DNA of 49,750 bases from Acidobacteriota bacterium (GCA_051001345.1 JBPCNK010000093.1:1-49750); one strand, 5' to 3'; counted from the stretch's first letter, positions 10,592 to 20,607 are shown. The notes: a model not told the origin generated them from the sequence alone. A program made the numbers and translations.

Positions 10592-10638
10592 TCCCGCCGT
10601 GTTGCCCGTTCATCTTGCGACCGGCGACCGGCGACTGT
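10592..10638. repeat. ~47-bp repeat with GGCGACC heptamers; inverted copy at 12801-12847
   Basis: Its reverse complement ACAGTCGCCGGTCGCCGGTCGCAAGATGAACGGGCAACACGGCGG is nearly identical to 12801 ACAGTCGCCAGTCGCCGGTCGCCAGATGAACTAGGCAACAGGGCGG. Confidence 0.8.
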
Positions 10639-10721
10639 CGACTTTTTGGTGCGGCTATGCCGCGCTGGAACTGGCAGCAATTGTTGGCTCATTTAGCGAA
10701 ATTCGTGTTAACTAGGGACTT

Positions 10722-11516
10722 ATGTCCGCAGTTGTGACCAGGGCGCTTCAGTTGAAAGATCTCGTCTGGCAAATGACCTTGCGAGAACTCCGGGGGAGGT
10801 ATGTGGGCAGCGCCATGGGGTTGTTCTGGAGCGTGCTCCATCCTATGATCACGCTGGTAGTTTGGACGTTTGTGTTCTCCTACATTCTGGACATTCGCTT
10901 CAGCGCGGAAGGGGGCATCACAAGCTTCGCGCTTTATCTGTTTTGCGGGATGGTACCTTTTCTCTCCTTCCAGGAAACCGTCCAAAACTGCACCGTCTCG
11001 GTTACAGGGCATGCACCCCTGGTCAAGAACCTGGTCTTCTCTTCAAAGTCCTTGCAGCTCTCCATCGCCGTGGCGGCGCTGGTCACCCAGTTGATCGGGC
11101 TTGCAATCCTGGCTGGCGCTCTGGTCCTGGTGCGCCAGCAGGTTCCAGTCTATTTGCCCCTTGTCTTGCCGTTTGCATTCATCCTGATGTTGTTCAGCCT
11201 GGGACTGGGCTTTCTCACCTGCACGCTGCACGTATTCCTTCGGGACACCTCGCAGTTGGTAGGAGTCATGCTCATGGTCTGGCTTTACGCCACTCCGATC
11301 TTCTATCCGGCCCACGCGCTTCCGTCCCATTTGCAGTTTCTGATTTATGTCAACCCGCTGGCGTATGTGGCCAACGTCTACCGTTCCATGATCTTGCTGG
11401 GAAATCTTCCCTCGGCGCAGGGGTTCTTGATTTTTGTGGGGATTTCGGTGGGGACGTTCTTGTTGGGTTACCGGGTCTATACGAAGAACTATCCGAAGTT
11501 TATTGATGAGCTTTAG
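10722..11516 (+). CDS. wzm: Polysaccharide export ABC-2 permease
   Basis: RELRGRYVGSAMGLFWSVLHP, YATPIFYP and NPL motifs; upstream of wzt. Confidence 0.93.
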   Translation: MSAVVTRALQLKDLVWQMTLRELRGRYVGSAMGLFWSVLHPMITLVVWTFVFSYILDIRFSAEGGITSFALYLFCGMVPFLSFQETVQNCTVSVTGHAPLVKNLVFSSKSLQLSIAVAALVTQLIGLAILAGALVLVRQQVPVYLPLVLPFAFILMLFSLGLGFLTCTLHVFLRDTSQLVGVMLMVWLYATPIFYPAHALPSHLQFLIYVNPLAYVANVYRSMILLGNLPSAQGFLIFVGISVGTFLLGYRVYTKNYPKFIDEL

Positions 11517-11572
11517 CGGAATTGTCAATCGTATTCACCGCGCGTCAGTGGCCACTAACTCAACGACTACAC

Positions 11573-12799
11573 ATGATTCACGCTCATAACCTAAGCAAGA
11601 AGTTTCGGATTTATCGCCGCCCCTCCGAGCGACTCAAGGAAGCCTTGTCGTTTGGAACGCGTTCGTATCACACCGAATTCACTGCTCTGGATGGTGTGGA
11701 CCTGAACGTGGAAAAAGGAGAGACCGTAGGTCTGATAGGGCAGAACGGGTCGGGGAAAAGCACGCTTCTGAAAATCATGGCCCGGTTAATGCTCCCAACC
11801 AGTGGCAGTGTTGAGGTCAAGGGCAGAGTCGCGTCGTTGATCGAGTTGGGAACCGGATTTCATCCGGAGTTCACCGGCCGATCCAACATCCACATGATTG
11901 CGACGTTGATGGGATTCTCCAGGGAGCAAGTTGATCGCCTGGTGCCGGCAGTACTGAATTTCTCAGGCCTCCATGAATTTATCGACAGACCGTTGAAGAC
12001 CTATTCTTCGGGAATGTGGGTACGGCTCGCCTTCTCGATGGCGATCTCGGTAGACCCGGATGTCTTCCTGATTGACGAAGCTCTGGCGGTTGGCGACATG
12101 CTGTTCCAGCAAAAATGCGTCGCCAAGCTCAGGGAATTCCAAGAACGAGGGACAAGCATCGTTTTTGTGTCTCACGACCTTGGGGCGGTCAAGACTCTTT
12201 GTGACCGCGCCGTTCTTCTGGATAGCGGGAAGAAAATTCGCGAGGACTCTCCTGAAGCAATCTGCTCCGAGTACATCTCCTTGATGGCCCAGCGCGCCAG
12301 CCGGGAGAAGTTTTCAACCCGTGTGGATGCTCACCACCGGCGCTACGGCAACTATCAAGCCGAAATTGAGCGGGTCGAGCTTTCAAACGCAAAAGGAGAA
12401 ACCACGGAAGTTCTGATTTGCGGCGAGAGATGCGTGGTGGACGTCGTGGTGAAGGTTTCTGGGGCGATCAGGCAATCTTCGGTCGGCATCTTGATCCGGG
12501 ATCGGCTGGGCAATGACATCTTTGGGACCAATACGTTTCTCAGTGGGGTACGCATTGAGGACGATCTTGAAGATTTCACCGTGAGATTTGAGTTCGACAT
12601 GGACTTGGGACAGGGCAATTACTATTTGAGTGCTGCCGCCCATTCCGGACGCGATCACTTGGCGGATTGCTACGACTGGATCGATAATGCCGTTGCGTTT
12701 CAGGTACTGCCTACGGTGCCCGAGTTTTTGGGCTATGCGCGGCTGAAACCAAAAATCTCTGTCCTTTCAAGTGTTCGAAAGTCAGGGGTCGGGAGCTGA
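11573..12799 (+). CDS. wzt: Polysaccharide export ABC ATPase with C-terminal Wzt_C domain
   Basis: GQNGSGKST Walker A, TYSSGM signature, IDEALAVGD, extended C-terminal domain. Confidence 0.95.
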   Translation: MIHAHNLSKKFRIYRRPSERLKEALSFGTRSYHTEFTALDGVDLNVEKGETVGLIGQNGSGKSTLLKIMARLMLPTSGSVEVKGRVASLIELGTGFHPEFTGRSNIHMIATLMGFSREQVDRLVPAVLNFSGLHEFIDRPLKTYSSGMWVRLAFSMAISVDPDVFLIDEALAVGDMLFQQKCVAKLREFQERGTSIVFVSHDLGAVKTLCDRAVLLDSGKKIREDSPEAICSEYISLMAQRASREKFSTRVDAHHRRYGNYQAEIERVELSNAKGETTEVLICGERCVVDVVVKVSGAIRQSSVGILIRDRLGNDIFGTNTFLSGVRIEDDLEDFTVRFEFDMDLGQGNYYLSAAAHSGRDHLADCYDWIDNAVAFQVLPTVPEFLGYARLKPKISVLSSVRKSGVGS

Positions 12800-12800
12800 C

Positions 12801-12910
12801 ACAGTCGCCAGTCGCCGGTCGCCAGATGAACTAGGCAACAGGGCGGAAGGCGCTCCGTGGCCGGCCCGGCGCTGCCTACTGCCTACTTTGGTTGCGGGTG
12901 GCCGAGCTGA
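12801..12910. repeat. Inverted partner of 10592-10638 plus CTGCCTA heptamers
   Basis: CAGTCGC/CGGTCGC tandem units; CTGCCTACTGCCTAC; TTTGGTTGCGG motif also seen near 10643. Confidence 0.75.
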
Positions 12911-12931
12911 GTCTTTGTTCCGAGATAACCC

Positions 12932-13741
12932 ATGATCGATGGCAAGAAACTGGTTGTAGTGCTGCCCGCCTACAATGCGGCCCAGACTTTAAGAGTCACC
13001 TACTCGGAACTCCCGTTGAAGCTGGTCGATGAAGTGCTCCTGGTCGATGACGCCAGTATCGATGAAACCGTTGCGGTTGCCAGAGAACTGGGAATAAAGA
13101 CGTTCGTGCACACCGAAAATCTAGGGTACGGTGGAAATCAAAAAACCTGTTATCGCGAGGCGTTGAGGGTTCAGGCTGAAATCGTTGTCATGGTCCATCC
13201 GGATTATCAATACACTCCCAAACTGGTCGGAGCGCTGGCGTCGATGATTGCCAGTGGTGAATATGATGTAGTTCTGGGATCGCGAATCCTGGGGGGCACG
13301 GCCCGAGCGGGCGGAATGCCCTTGTACAAGTATGTTTCCAACCGTTTTCTTACGACATTTCAAAATCTTCTGCAGGGCGCGAAGCTCTCCGAGTACCACA
13401 CCGGATTCCGGGCGTTCAGCAAAATGGTCCTGGAGACCCTGCCGCTGGAGGAAAACTCCAATGACTTTGTATTTGATAACCAGATGCTGGCGCAGGCGCT
13501 GGTATTTGGATTTCGCGTCGGCGAGATCAGTTGTCCGACGCGTTATTTTCCCGAAGCTTCCTCCATCAACTTCTTTCGGTCAGTGCGTTACGGGCTGGGA
13601 GTGGTAAAGACGTCCCTGGACGTTTGTGCGAAGCGTCTGGGGCTGACCAGTCCCCGCTATCTCTCACCGACGGGTACGAAATTGCGCCGGGCTGGCGACG
13701 GAGCAAAAACCGTCACGAATGACACAAATGAACACGAATGA
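12932..13741 (+). CDS. GT2 polyprenol-phosphate glycosyltransferase (DPM1-like)
   Basis: [35 protein letters not shown] motifs; last codons and stop come from the adjacent repeat. Confidence 0.92.
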   Translation: MIDGKKLVVVLPAYNAAQTLRVTYSELPLKLVDEVLLVDDASIDETVAVARELGIKTFVHTENLGYGGNQKTCYREALRVQAEIVVMVHPDYQYTPKLVGALASMIASGEYDVVLGSRILGGTARAGGMPLYKYVSNRFLTTFQNLLQGAKLSEYHTGFRAFSKMVLETLPLEENSNDFVFDNQMLAQALVFGFRVGEISCPTRYFPEASSINFFRSVRYGLGVVKTSLDVCAKRLGLTSPRYLSPTGTKLRRAGDGAKTVTNDTNEHE

Positions 13742-14047
13742 CACGAGCGCCACTGCTCCTTGGCCATTCTCAGCGCTTGCATCTTTCGGGTCATTCGAGA
13801 CAATTCGTGACTGGCTTTTTGAGTTTTTCGGCATCGTGGGGCTTGGGCAATTGGGTAAAAGCTTAGTCACGAATTACACGAATTACACGAATGACACGAA
13901 TGACACGAATGGCACGAAAGAACCCTTGCACTGTAGCCGCCTGGCTCTGGCACGCGCTTGAATCAAGATTCGTGATCATTCGTTACATTCGTGAAATTCG
14001 TGACTAACTTTTTGCTTTTTTGTGAATAATCCGGGCTGCAGAATCCT
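13705..14047. mobile_element. Composite of two nonamer-arm elements ending TGTGAATAATCCGGG-CTGCAGAATCC
   Basis: ACACGAAT(G/T) arrays; inverted relatives at 17117-17302 and 18422-18668. Confidence 0.85.
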
Positions 14048-14054
14048 GGAGGCA

Positions 14055-15236
14055 TTACATCCCTTCTGAAAGCTGTTCGATCGCGGTCCGATAAAGTTTG
14101 ACGACGCGATCCCAGGAATATTTGTGACGGACGTACGTGCGACCGCGCTGGCCCATTTCCTGGACAAGGGCTAAGTCGTTGGACAACTGATCGAGCGCTT
14201 GATGCAGAGAGGCGGCATCCTCAAAGAGCAGGCCCGCGGAGTTGGCGCTTATATGTCCTTCCAAGACGGGAGAGTTCCGGCGCGCGATGACCGGTTTGCC
14301 GTGCGCCCAAGCCTCCAGAGCCGCCAGGCTAAGGCTTTCGTATAGCGAAGGAACAATCAATCCCCGGCATTGCCTCAGCAACAAAGTCTTTTTTTCTTCG
14401 CTGATTTCGCCGAGCAGTCGAAGTCTGGGATGATGTGGAAGTTTCATAACAGGAGTACCGGCGACGACCAGGGAATAGGCTTCGGGTTTTGGGAGTTGGG
14501 TCTTCTTGATGAATGGAGGATTCAGGAACCACTCGGTAAGCTCGCTGATGCCTTTGTCGATGTCGACGCGGCCGAGGTAGAGAAAAAACGGCTCAGAGGA
14601 CGGCTCCTGAACCACCTCGGCGGGAACATCAACGCCGACTCCCACGACTTCCGATGGCACATCGTGATTTTGGAAGATACGCTGCACCAGGGATCGTTCT
14701 TCGTCGGTGTTGTAGAAGATTCTCTTTGGGAGATGGAATACCGGTCGGTAAATCGCAAGATACAGCGCCGATTCATCGTGCGCGGTGGGCACCAAAACGC
14801 TCCGCTCGGGGGCGATTGTGATGCCATCGACAGTGGTGGGATAGAGATAAGTAAAAAAAATGACGGCAGCGTAGCGGGCTCGGGTTTTGTCAAGGTGTTG
14901 GTGCAAACTCGGAGCAATGGGGCCCTGGTACTGCATCCAGAGCCGCTCTTCCTCGATGGAATGCGGGCGTGTGTAGACAATGTTGCTCAGTTTGTGAAAA
15001 CGACGGAGCTGCCGCAACCCCTCCACCCGAAAGCGATGCACCTGCACCCCGTTGCATTCGGTCAGCCCTTCGGCGAACTGGTTCTTCCAATCGTAGTAGT
15101 CAAGAGCGCAGGTTGTGAGGGCGTCGACGTGGTAGAACGAGGTGAGATGCTCTGCCACGGCGCGGCACAGGGACTCGGAACCCCCGATGACTTCTTCGCC
15201 GTAGCGCTGAACGACAAATGCGATTTTTTTCTTCAC
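14055..15236 (-). CDS. GT4 glycosyltransferase
   Basis: FVVQRYG..GGSE N-terminus; YESLSLAALEAW EX7E motif; start placed at GTG before KKKIAF (approximate). Confidence 0.88.
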   Translation of the reverse strand: MKKKIAFVVQRYGEEVIGGSESLCRAVAEHLTSFYHVDALTTCALDYYDWKNQFAEGLTECNGVQVHRFRVEGLRQLRRFHKLSNIVYTRPHSIEEERLWMQYQGPIAPSLHQHLDKTRARYAAVIFFTYLYPTTVDGITIAPERSVLVPTAHDESALYLAIYRPVFHLPKRIFYNTDEERSLVQRIFQNHDVPSEVVGVGVDVPAEVVQEPSSEPFFLYLGRVDIDKGISELTEWFLNPPFIKKTQLPKPEAYSLVVAGTPVMKLPHHPRLRLLGEISEEKKTLLLRQCRGLIVPSLYESLSLAALEAWAHGKPVIARRNSPVLEGHISANSAGLLFEDAASLHQALDQLSNDLALVQEMGQRGRTYVRHKYSWDRVVKLYRTAIEQLSEGM

Positions 15237-15334
15237 TGGCACGATGGATTGGACCAAATGATAATGGAAAAAACGGGTTGCTGACAGCCGAAAGCTGGTG
15301 GCGACCGTTCGCCTAGGATGACAATCGACAACCG

Positions 15335-16507
15335 GTGACAGACAACGCACAGCCTTGGAAGATTGGAATCGATTTTCGCCCGGTGCACAAACCAGCATCC
15401 GCTAGGCGCGGGATCGGCAATTACACCAGGAATCTAACTCGAGCCATCGTCGCAGCGGCCACAGAACGTGAGACCTATCTGTGCGTGTCGCGTTCAGGAG
15501 ATGCTGAAGGCTTGGGCGTTCCTGTGGAAGTGAGGTGGCCTCCAAAGCCCGGCAGAATGCACTGGATCTGGGACTCCCTCTTCTTGCGCCGCAAGTTGGA
15601 ATTTCTGAACCTGGACTTCTACCACGCGACCGACCAAATGTCGGTCCCCAGGGGAATGAAGCAAACCAGGGTTCTCATGCACCTTCATGATGTCATTCCC
15701 TTCTTATTTTGGCGCCAGTACGCACCCAGTTTTCCGCGCGATTTTAGAGTGGGTCTGAGACTGAGTTTGCGGGCGGCCGCACGGGTGGATGCCGTCATTA
15801 CCGACTCGGAATGCTCCAAGAAGGATATCGTCGAGTGGACCGGAGCTGACCCCGATCGGATCCATGTCGTGCCCTTTGGGTGTGATGAAGAGTTTCGGCC
15901 GGTTGAACAACTCGCAGAGCGTGAAGCCTTTTTGCGTTCGAAACAAGTGACGTCTCCCTTTATTTTGTACGTGGGCGCGACCGACCATCGCAAGAATCTT
16001 CCTTTTCTGGTTCGTGCTTTCGAGCAGCTCCGGGAGTCCGGTTATCCGGGGAGCCTTTACCTGATCGGCGAGGAATTCGGCTGGACGCATCTGGCGGAAG
16101 TAAGAAAGATACACGAAGAGATTGGCCGGTCGAGGTGCTCCGAGGCGATCCGAATGCCAGGCTATGTGAATTCCGAGGAGCTGGCAATGTACCTTGCTTG
16201 TGCCGATGCTTTCGTGTTTCCCTCCCTATACGAAGGGTTCGGCCTGCCGGCCTTGGAGGCGATGAGTTGCGGCGCCGCGGTAGTGGTTTCCAATCGATCC
16301 TCGATTCCTGAGGTGGTGGGAGATGCTGGTCTTTACTTTGATCCGTCCAGTCAAGATGAATGCGTCAGGCAGCTGATTGCTGTCACGTCCGACCGAGCCC
16401 TGCGTCAGGAACTGGGACGCCGAGGACTGCAGCGCGCCAAACTGTTTTCGTGGCGACGCGCCGCTGAACAGATTTTTGAAATCTACCGGGGTCTTAAATC
16501 GAAATGA
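15335..16507 (+). CDS. GT4 glycosyltransferase (MtfB/WbpY-like)
   Basis: [31 protein letters not shown]. Confidence 0.93.
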   Translation: MTDNAQPWKIGIDFRPVHKPASARRGIGNYTRNLTRAIVAAATERETYLCVSRSGDAEGLGVPVEVRWPPKPGRMHWIWDSLFLRRKLEFLNLDFYHATDQMSVPRGMKQTRVLMHLHDVIPFLFWRQYAPSFPRDFRVGLRLSLRAAARVDAVITDSECSKKDIVEWTGADPDRIHVVPFGCDEEFRPVEQLAEREAFLRSKQVTSPFILYVGATDHRKNLPFLVRAFEQLRESGYPGSLYLIGEEFGWTHLAEVRKIHEEIGRSRCSEAIRMPGYVNSEELAMYLACADAFVFPSLYEGFGLPALEAMSCGAAVVVSNRSSIPEVVGDAGLYFDPSSQDECVRQLIAVTSDRALRQELGRRGLQRAKLFSWRRAAEQIFEIYRGLKSK

Positions 16508-17100
16508 AAGCACCTGGCGCGTCGGCAAGGTCTCGGCGGTTTCGCTGGATCGTCGTGTTCGTCTATGTCGCCCTGATCTACACGACGATTCCCTACACCT
16601 CGCGACTGTGGTCAGAGGCGCGCTATCGCTTGGATGTTCAGTATGCGACGCTGGCGTTCTATCTGCTGGCGCCGGCGGGACTGATCGTCGCGCTGATTGC
16701 GCTTCGGGCAACGCGGTTTCAGCCATGGAGAGTGGCCGCACTGGCGGCATGCGGGGGCGTGTACTATGGCCTCTACGGAAATATCTTCCAAACACCCGGC
16801 GAGAAAATTCACCTGCTCGAGTATGGCCTGCTCAGCTTTATTATCCTCTGGGCAGTCGACAACCAGCTCGTGCCGCCAGGACGCCTTTATCTTGCGCGCC
16901 GCGTCGGGCTGGCCTTGCTGCTGGCATTCTTGTTTGGCATCTGGGATGAGACGATTCAAAATTACATTCCGGCCCGCCATTACGATCTTCGAGACATCTG
17001 GATCAACTGGCTCAGTTCGATCCTCGGCATGATTGTTTGTCTGCTCATGAGAAGAAATGCGACAACTGATCGCGCTAGGGTTGTTCCTGCGGCTGATTAG
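16504..17100 (+). CDS. VanZ-family membrane protein
   Basis: EKIHLLEYG, DETIQ...R..DLRDI motifs; ATGA overlap with upstream GT4. Confidence 0.8.
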   Translation: MKAPGASARSRRFRWIVVFVYVALIYTTIPYTSRLWSEARYRLDVQYATLAFYLLAPAGLIVALIALRATRFQPWRVAALAACGGVYYGLYGNIFQTPGEKIHLLEYGLLSFIILWAVDNQLVPPGRLYLARRVGLALLLAFLFGIWDETIQNYIPARHYDLRDIWINWLSSILGMIVCLLMRRNATTDRARVVPAAD

Positions 17101-17116
17101 CGGGCTGGCGAGTGGT

Positions 17117-17302
17117 CTAGGATTCTGCAGCCCGACTATTCACAAAAAAGCAAAAAGCTAGTCACGAATTTCACGAATTTAACGAATTATCACGAATCCT
17201 TGATTCAGGCGGGTTGCCGGTTCGGAGCCAGGCAGATAGTGCAAAGCTTTTTTCGCGTAATTCGTGTAATTCGTGTAATTCGTGACTAAGCTTTTACCCA
17301 AT
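17117..17302. mobile_element. Nonamer-arm element, inverted sister of 13851-14047
   Basis: CTAGGATTCTGCAGCCCGACTATTCACAAAAAAGCAAAAAGCTAGTCAC...GTGACTAAGCTTTTACCCAA. Confidence 0.87.
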
Positions 17303-17332
17303 GCCACTCACTGCGTTCGTGGCACTGACAAG

Positions 17333-17629
17333 TCAGACTGGCTTGAATCGGATCCGAAAGGCAGCTTCGTTAAAGCTGTCGTAAACCTGAACTCGATACT
17401 CGTACTGCTTGCCATCGACGACAAAGCGCTGCTTCTTCCTGGGCTGATCGGAAAGTACTTCTCGAAGCGCGCGGGCTTCGGGTCCTTTGAAGGTGGCGAT
17501 GCCGACGCCGAGTCCATTCCTCATCGCGAATACTCTCTCGCAGCCGTCCTTGTACTCGATTTCCACCATTTGCGCCCCGAGGTGAATCGCCTTGGCCAAA
17601 ACTTCCAACAGTAGGTTGCCTTGACGCAT
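17333..17629 (-). CDS. Small hypothetical protein (98 aa)
   Basis: Protein-like ORF filling the space between two repeats; weak resemblance to GspE/PilB N2-type subdomain (inference). Confidence 0.65.
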   Translation of the reverse strand: MRQGNLLLEVLAKAIHLGAQMVEIEYKDGCERVFAMRNGLGVGIATFKGPEARALREVLSDQPRKKQRFVVDGKQYEYRVQVYDSFNEAAFRIRFKPV

Positions 17630-17700
17630 AGGAAGGTTCCCTTTGAATGCGTATAATAACCCGGTCCACAATTGACGATCTGCAATTATTGATAATCGGC

Positions 17701-17772
17701 TTCACCGCAGAGACGCAGAGGCCGCAGAGGGGGCGCAGAGAAGCGCAAAAGATTCCTCCCTTTCCTCTGCGC
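17701..17772. repeat. CGCAGAG-type ~9-bp periodic arm
   Basis: CACCGCAGAGACGCAGAGGCCGCAGAGGGGGCGCAGAG ... CCTCTGCG. Confidence 0.7.
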
Positions 17773-17826
17773 TGGCTGGCCCGTCTTCCCCCGTCCCGTC
17801 CCCATGCAGGGTTATAATCTTTCGCA

Positions 17827-18381
17827 ATGACGCCCACAAGGCCTGAACTGAAGTTTACCTACGAAGACTACCTCTTGTTGCCCGAAGATAAGCGGTACGA
17901 GCTCATCGACGGAGATCTCTGCATGGTTCCTGCTCCCAGTTTGTATCACCAGATCGTCTGTCGCCGCATCGGTGTAGCCCTCACCCAATTTGTAGACGAC
18001 CGTGATCTGGGAGAAGTGCTGTGGGCGCCCTGCGATGTTTACCTTTCCCAATTCGACGTGGTGCAGCCCGATATGTTCTTCATAACGTCCGAGAGGCGCG
18101 GCATTATGAAGGAAGCGTTTGTTGAGGGGACACCCGATCTCATCGTGGAAATCATTTCTCCGTCCGATCCAAAGAAAGACCGGGATCTGAAGCGGAAGCT
18201 CTACGCGCGCTTCGGCGCGCGTGAATATTGGATTGTCGATCCGGCGGCGAGAAGCATCGATGTGCTGGTCCGGGAGGAAGACGACTTGAAGGTACTGCAG
18301 ATCTTCGTGGTGGAGGAAACGTTGAAATCAATGCTACTGCCGGATTTCCGGCTTCCTTTTGGGGGTGTCTTCGCCCGATAG
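17827..18381 (+). CDS. Uma2/DUF820 family PD-(D/E)xK endonuclease
   Basis: RYELIDG, P..HQ, VVQPD, PDLIVEIISPS, DR..K..LYARFG.REYWIVDP. Confidence 0.95.
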   Translation: MTPTRPELKFTYEDYLLLPEDKRYELIDGDLCMVPAPSLYHQIVCRRIGVALTQFVDDRDLGEVLWAPCDVYLSQFDVVQPDMFFITSERRGIMKEAFVEGTPDLIVEIISPSDPKKDRDLKRKLYARFGAREYWIVDPAARSIDVLVREEDDLKVLQIFVVEETLKSMLLPDFRLPFGGVFAR

Positions 18382-18421
18382 GGCGAATGAGGAATGAAAA
18401 TCGGCCTCCTACTTGCCGTTG

Positions 18422-18668
18422 GTGACCAGGTTTTTCCTCTGCCACGGCCTCGCGACACCGGAAAAGCAAAAAAGCTAGTCACGAATTCCACGAATTTAAC
18501 GAATTATCACGAACCTTAATTCAGGCGGGTTGCCGGTCCAGAGCCAGGCAGCCGAAGTGCAAAGATCGTTTCGTGTCATTCGTGTAATTCGTGACTAAGC
18601 TTTTTTCGAATTGCCCGAGCCCCGCGATGCCGAAAAAGTCAAAAGGCCAGTCACGAATTGTCCCGAAC
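18422..18668. mobile_element. Nonamer-arm composite element, largely the reverse complement of 13790-14010, truncated at the brnA start codon
   Basis: Shared internal GCCCGAGCCCCGCGATGCCGAAAAA and TTCAGGCGGGTTGCCGG cores. Confidence 0.83.
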
Positions 18669-18902
18669 ATGAGAAAGTACTACGATTTTTCGAAAGCCAC
18701 GCGCAACCCGTACGCCCGGCGGTTGAAACAGCACGTCACGATCCGGCTCGACCAGGACACCATCGCCTATTTCAAAGGTCTTTCGAAGGAAACCGCCATC
18801 CCATATCAGACGCTGATCAACCTGTATCTTCGAGAGTGCACATCGAGCCGAAAGGGGCTTTCGATCGCTTGGCGGCCCATACGCAATCACGGCGAAGCCT
18901 AA
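18669..18902 (+). CDS. brnA: BrnA-family antitoxin (orphan)
   Basis: MRKYYDFSKA.RNPYA..LK..VTIRLD...IAYFK....IPYQTLINLYL; no BrnT upstream. Confidence 0.88.
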   Translation: MRKYYDFSKATRNPYARRLKQHVTIRLDQDTIAYFKGLSKETAIPYQTLINLYLRECTSSRKGLSIAWRPIRNHGEA

Positions 18903-18928
18903 CGAATTAAGGATTCTTGTCGCCCTTG

Positions 18929-19126
18929 TTAGGCTGAGACCTGTTCGTAGGAGAAGGCTGGAATCTCCGTACGGTCTCGGGCATGTTCGATCGTGATGCC
19001 ACAAATGTTTCCGTCCTGGTCGAGATCGAGAAGAGTGTTCTCATCCAGATCCTTGGTTTCAGCAACCGCGGCGCGCCGGAACTCGATGTACAGCGTATCT
19101 GTGTCTTGAAAATATTTGATTCTCAT
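18929..19126 (-). CDS. DUF2283 family protein (putative antitoxin)
   Basis: MRIKYFQDTDTLYIEF...LDLDQDGNICGITIE pattern. Confidence 0.85.
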   Translation of the reverse strand: MRIKYFQDTDTLYIEFRRAAVAETKDLDENTLLDLDQDGNICGITIEHARDRTEIPAFSYEQVSA

Positions 19127-19359
19127 AGCTCAAATGACCGGTCAAAGAACGCGTTGTGCACGGTCTCTCCATCTGGCAACAGTATAACCCGCAGATATTT
19201 TCCCTCCATCTCGGAAATTGGCGCCCAACGGCGAATTCGACTGTCCGCCTGAACAACCTCCCTTACTGGACTCTTCACAACGCGCTCGATCCACTCGATT
19301 TGAATCGCCGCGCGATCCGGACGTTGGCGGACTGCCTGGAAGTATTGGGTGAACTTCAC
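19123..19359 (-). CDS. DUF4258/RelE-like putative toxin paired with DUF2283
   Basis: 78 aa, ATGA overlap with DUF2283 gene; LRVILLPDGETVHNAFFDR tail. Confidence 0.75.
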   Translation of the reverse strand: MKFTQYFQAVRQRPDRAAIQIEWIERVVKSPVREVVQADSRIRRWAPISEMEGKYLRVILLPDGETVHNAFFDRSFEL

Positions 19360-19368
19360 AAGCTGGTT

Positions 19369-19923
19369 TTACGGTTTGAAAATGTTGGACAGCGAAAGCT
19401 TGAACTCCTGCAGGAGAGGCGAACTCAAATTGTCGTCCGCCACGAACACCTGGACGGTTTTCAGGTCGCCTTCCTGTCGCGTGAGCACGTCGACGGTTTT
19501 GGCGTCGGGGTCGACGATCCAATACTCGCGCACACCAAAGCGAGCGTAGAGTTTGCGTTTAAGTTCGCGGTCTCTTTTCGGATCGGAGGGCGAAAGGATC
19601 TCAACGACCAGATCAGGAGCCCCGTCAACGTAAGGGCCTTTGATGATGCCCAGCCGATCCGAAGAGACCCACAGAATATCGGGCTGTACGACGTCGTACC
19701 TTGAAAGATAGACATCGCATGGGGCGGCAATCACCTGCCCAAATAGGTTCTTATCGACGAAGTCGTTTAGCGCCGCTCCCATTCTCACTGAGACGATTTG
19801 ATGGAAGGTCCTGGGAGCGGGAACCACATAGAGGTCTCCGCCGATAAGTTCGTAGCGCTTCTCTTCGGGGAGTAGAAGATAGTCGTCGTAGGTGAACTCT
19901 AGTTCGGGTTTCGTGGGCGTCAT
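19369..19923 (-). CDS. Uma2/DUF820 family endonuclease (paralog of 17827-18381)
   Basis: Same motifs; both 184 aa with near-identical N-termini. Confidence 0.95.
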   Translation of the reverse strand: MTPTKPELEFTYDDYLLLPEEKRYELIGGDLYVVPAPRTFHQIVSVRMGAALNDFVDKNLFGQVIAAPCDVYLSRYDVVQPDILWVSSDRLGIIKGPYVDGAPDLVVEILSPSDPKRDRELKRKLYARFGVREYWIVDPDAKTVDVLTRQEGDLKTVQVFVADDNLSSPLLQEFKLSLSNIFKP

Positions 19924-20031
19924 TGGGGGTCATTATACGCCTTGTCAGTCGGTAGCGGGCAGCGGGCAGTAGGCAGATTTCAAGATCGAAGGGGATTCGA
20001 TTTTCTTAGGGTTCCTTGCTAGAGTGGATGC

Positions 20032-20247
20032 GTGAAAGTAATCACCGGTCACGTCGCGAATGGCAAGCTTCCCCCTGATATTCAAGACGGCACAATCGTT
20101 GCGGTTCTGGCGCCCGACGATGCAGGCTTCACCCTCTCGCCGGAACAGGAATCCGAGCTCGCAGCTGCGCTCGAGGAGATTCGAGCAGGAGACTACGTCG
20201 ACGGCCGTGTCCTTCTGGAGGAGCTAGCGGGACGCCCGGACAAGTGA
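20032..20247 (+). CDS. Small putative antitoxin
   Basis: 71 aa, acidic C-terminus LSPEQESEL..ALEEIRAGDYVDG..LLEEL; GTGA overlap with a toxin-like start. Confidence 0.6.
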   Translation: MKVITGHVANGKLPPDIQDGTIVAVLAPDDAGFTLSPEQESELAAALEEIRAGDYVDGRVLLEELAGRPDK

Positions 20248-20290
20248 CCTACGAGCTCCGGACGTCTCTGCGCGCTAACACCCAGATTGC
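20244..20290 (+). pseudogene. Probable RelE/ParE toxin N-terminal stub
   Basis: MTYELRTSLRANTQIA resembles ParE N-termini and then runs into a REP-like CTTACGCGCGCGGC. Confidence 0.45.
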
Positions 20291-20583
20291 TTACGCGCGC
20301 GGCGCCGCTGGGCGCGGCACGGTACATGCATCGGGTCGGCCGATTGACAATCCACAGTTAGTCGCCACTTTCCAATTTTCATTCCCCAATCTGGTGGCCG
20401 GAATTGCCCGCTCGCTGACGCGCGCGGCCCGGTACGTGTGCGCGACCCGGTACGTGCGCGCAGCTCGGTGCATGGTGCCGAACCCCAAAAAAGCCACCGG
20501 CTGCAAGCCGGCGCCACCACCGCCGCAATCGGCAATCCGCAATAAATCCCCAATCCCCAATCCCCAATCCCCAATCCCCAATT
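20289..20583. repeat. Cluster of REP-like palindromes, 21-bp tandem units and AATCCGC/AATCCCC heptamer arrays
   Basis: CCCGCTCGCTGACGCGCGCGGC (similar at ~30322 and ~46397), CACCGGCTGCAAGCCGGCGCCAC, (CCCCAAT)x5. Confidence 0.8.
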
Positions 20584-20607
20584 TGATTTTGTTATCATCA
20601 ATCTCGA

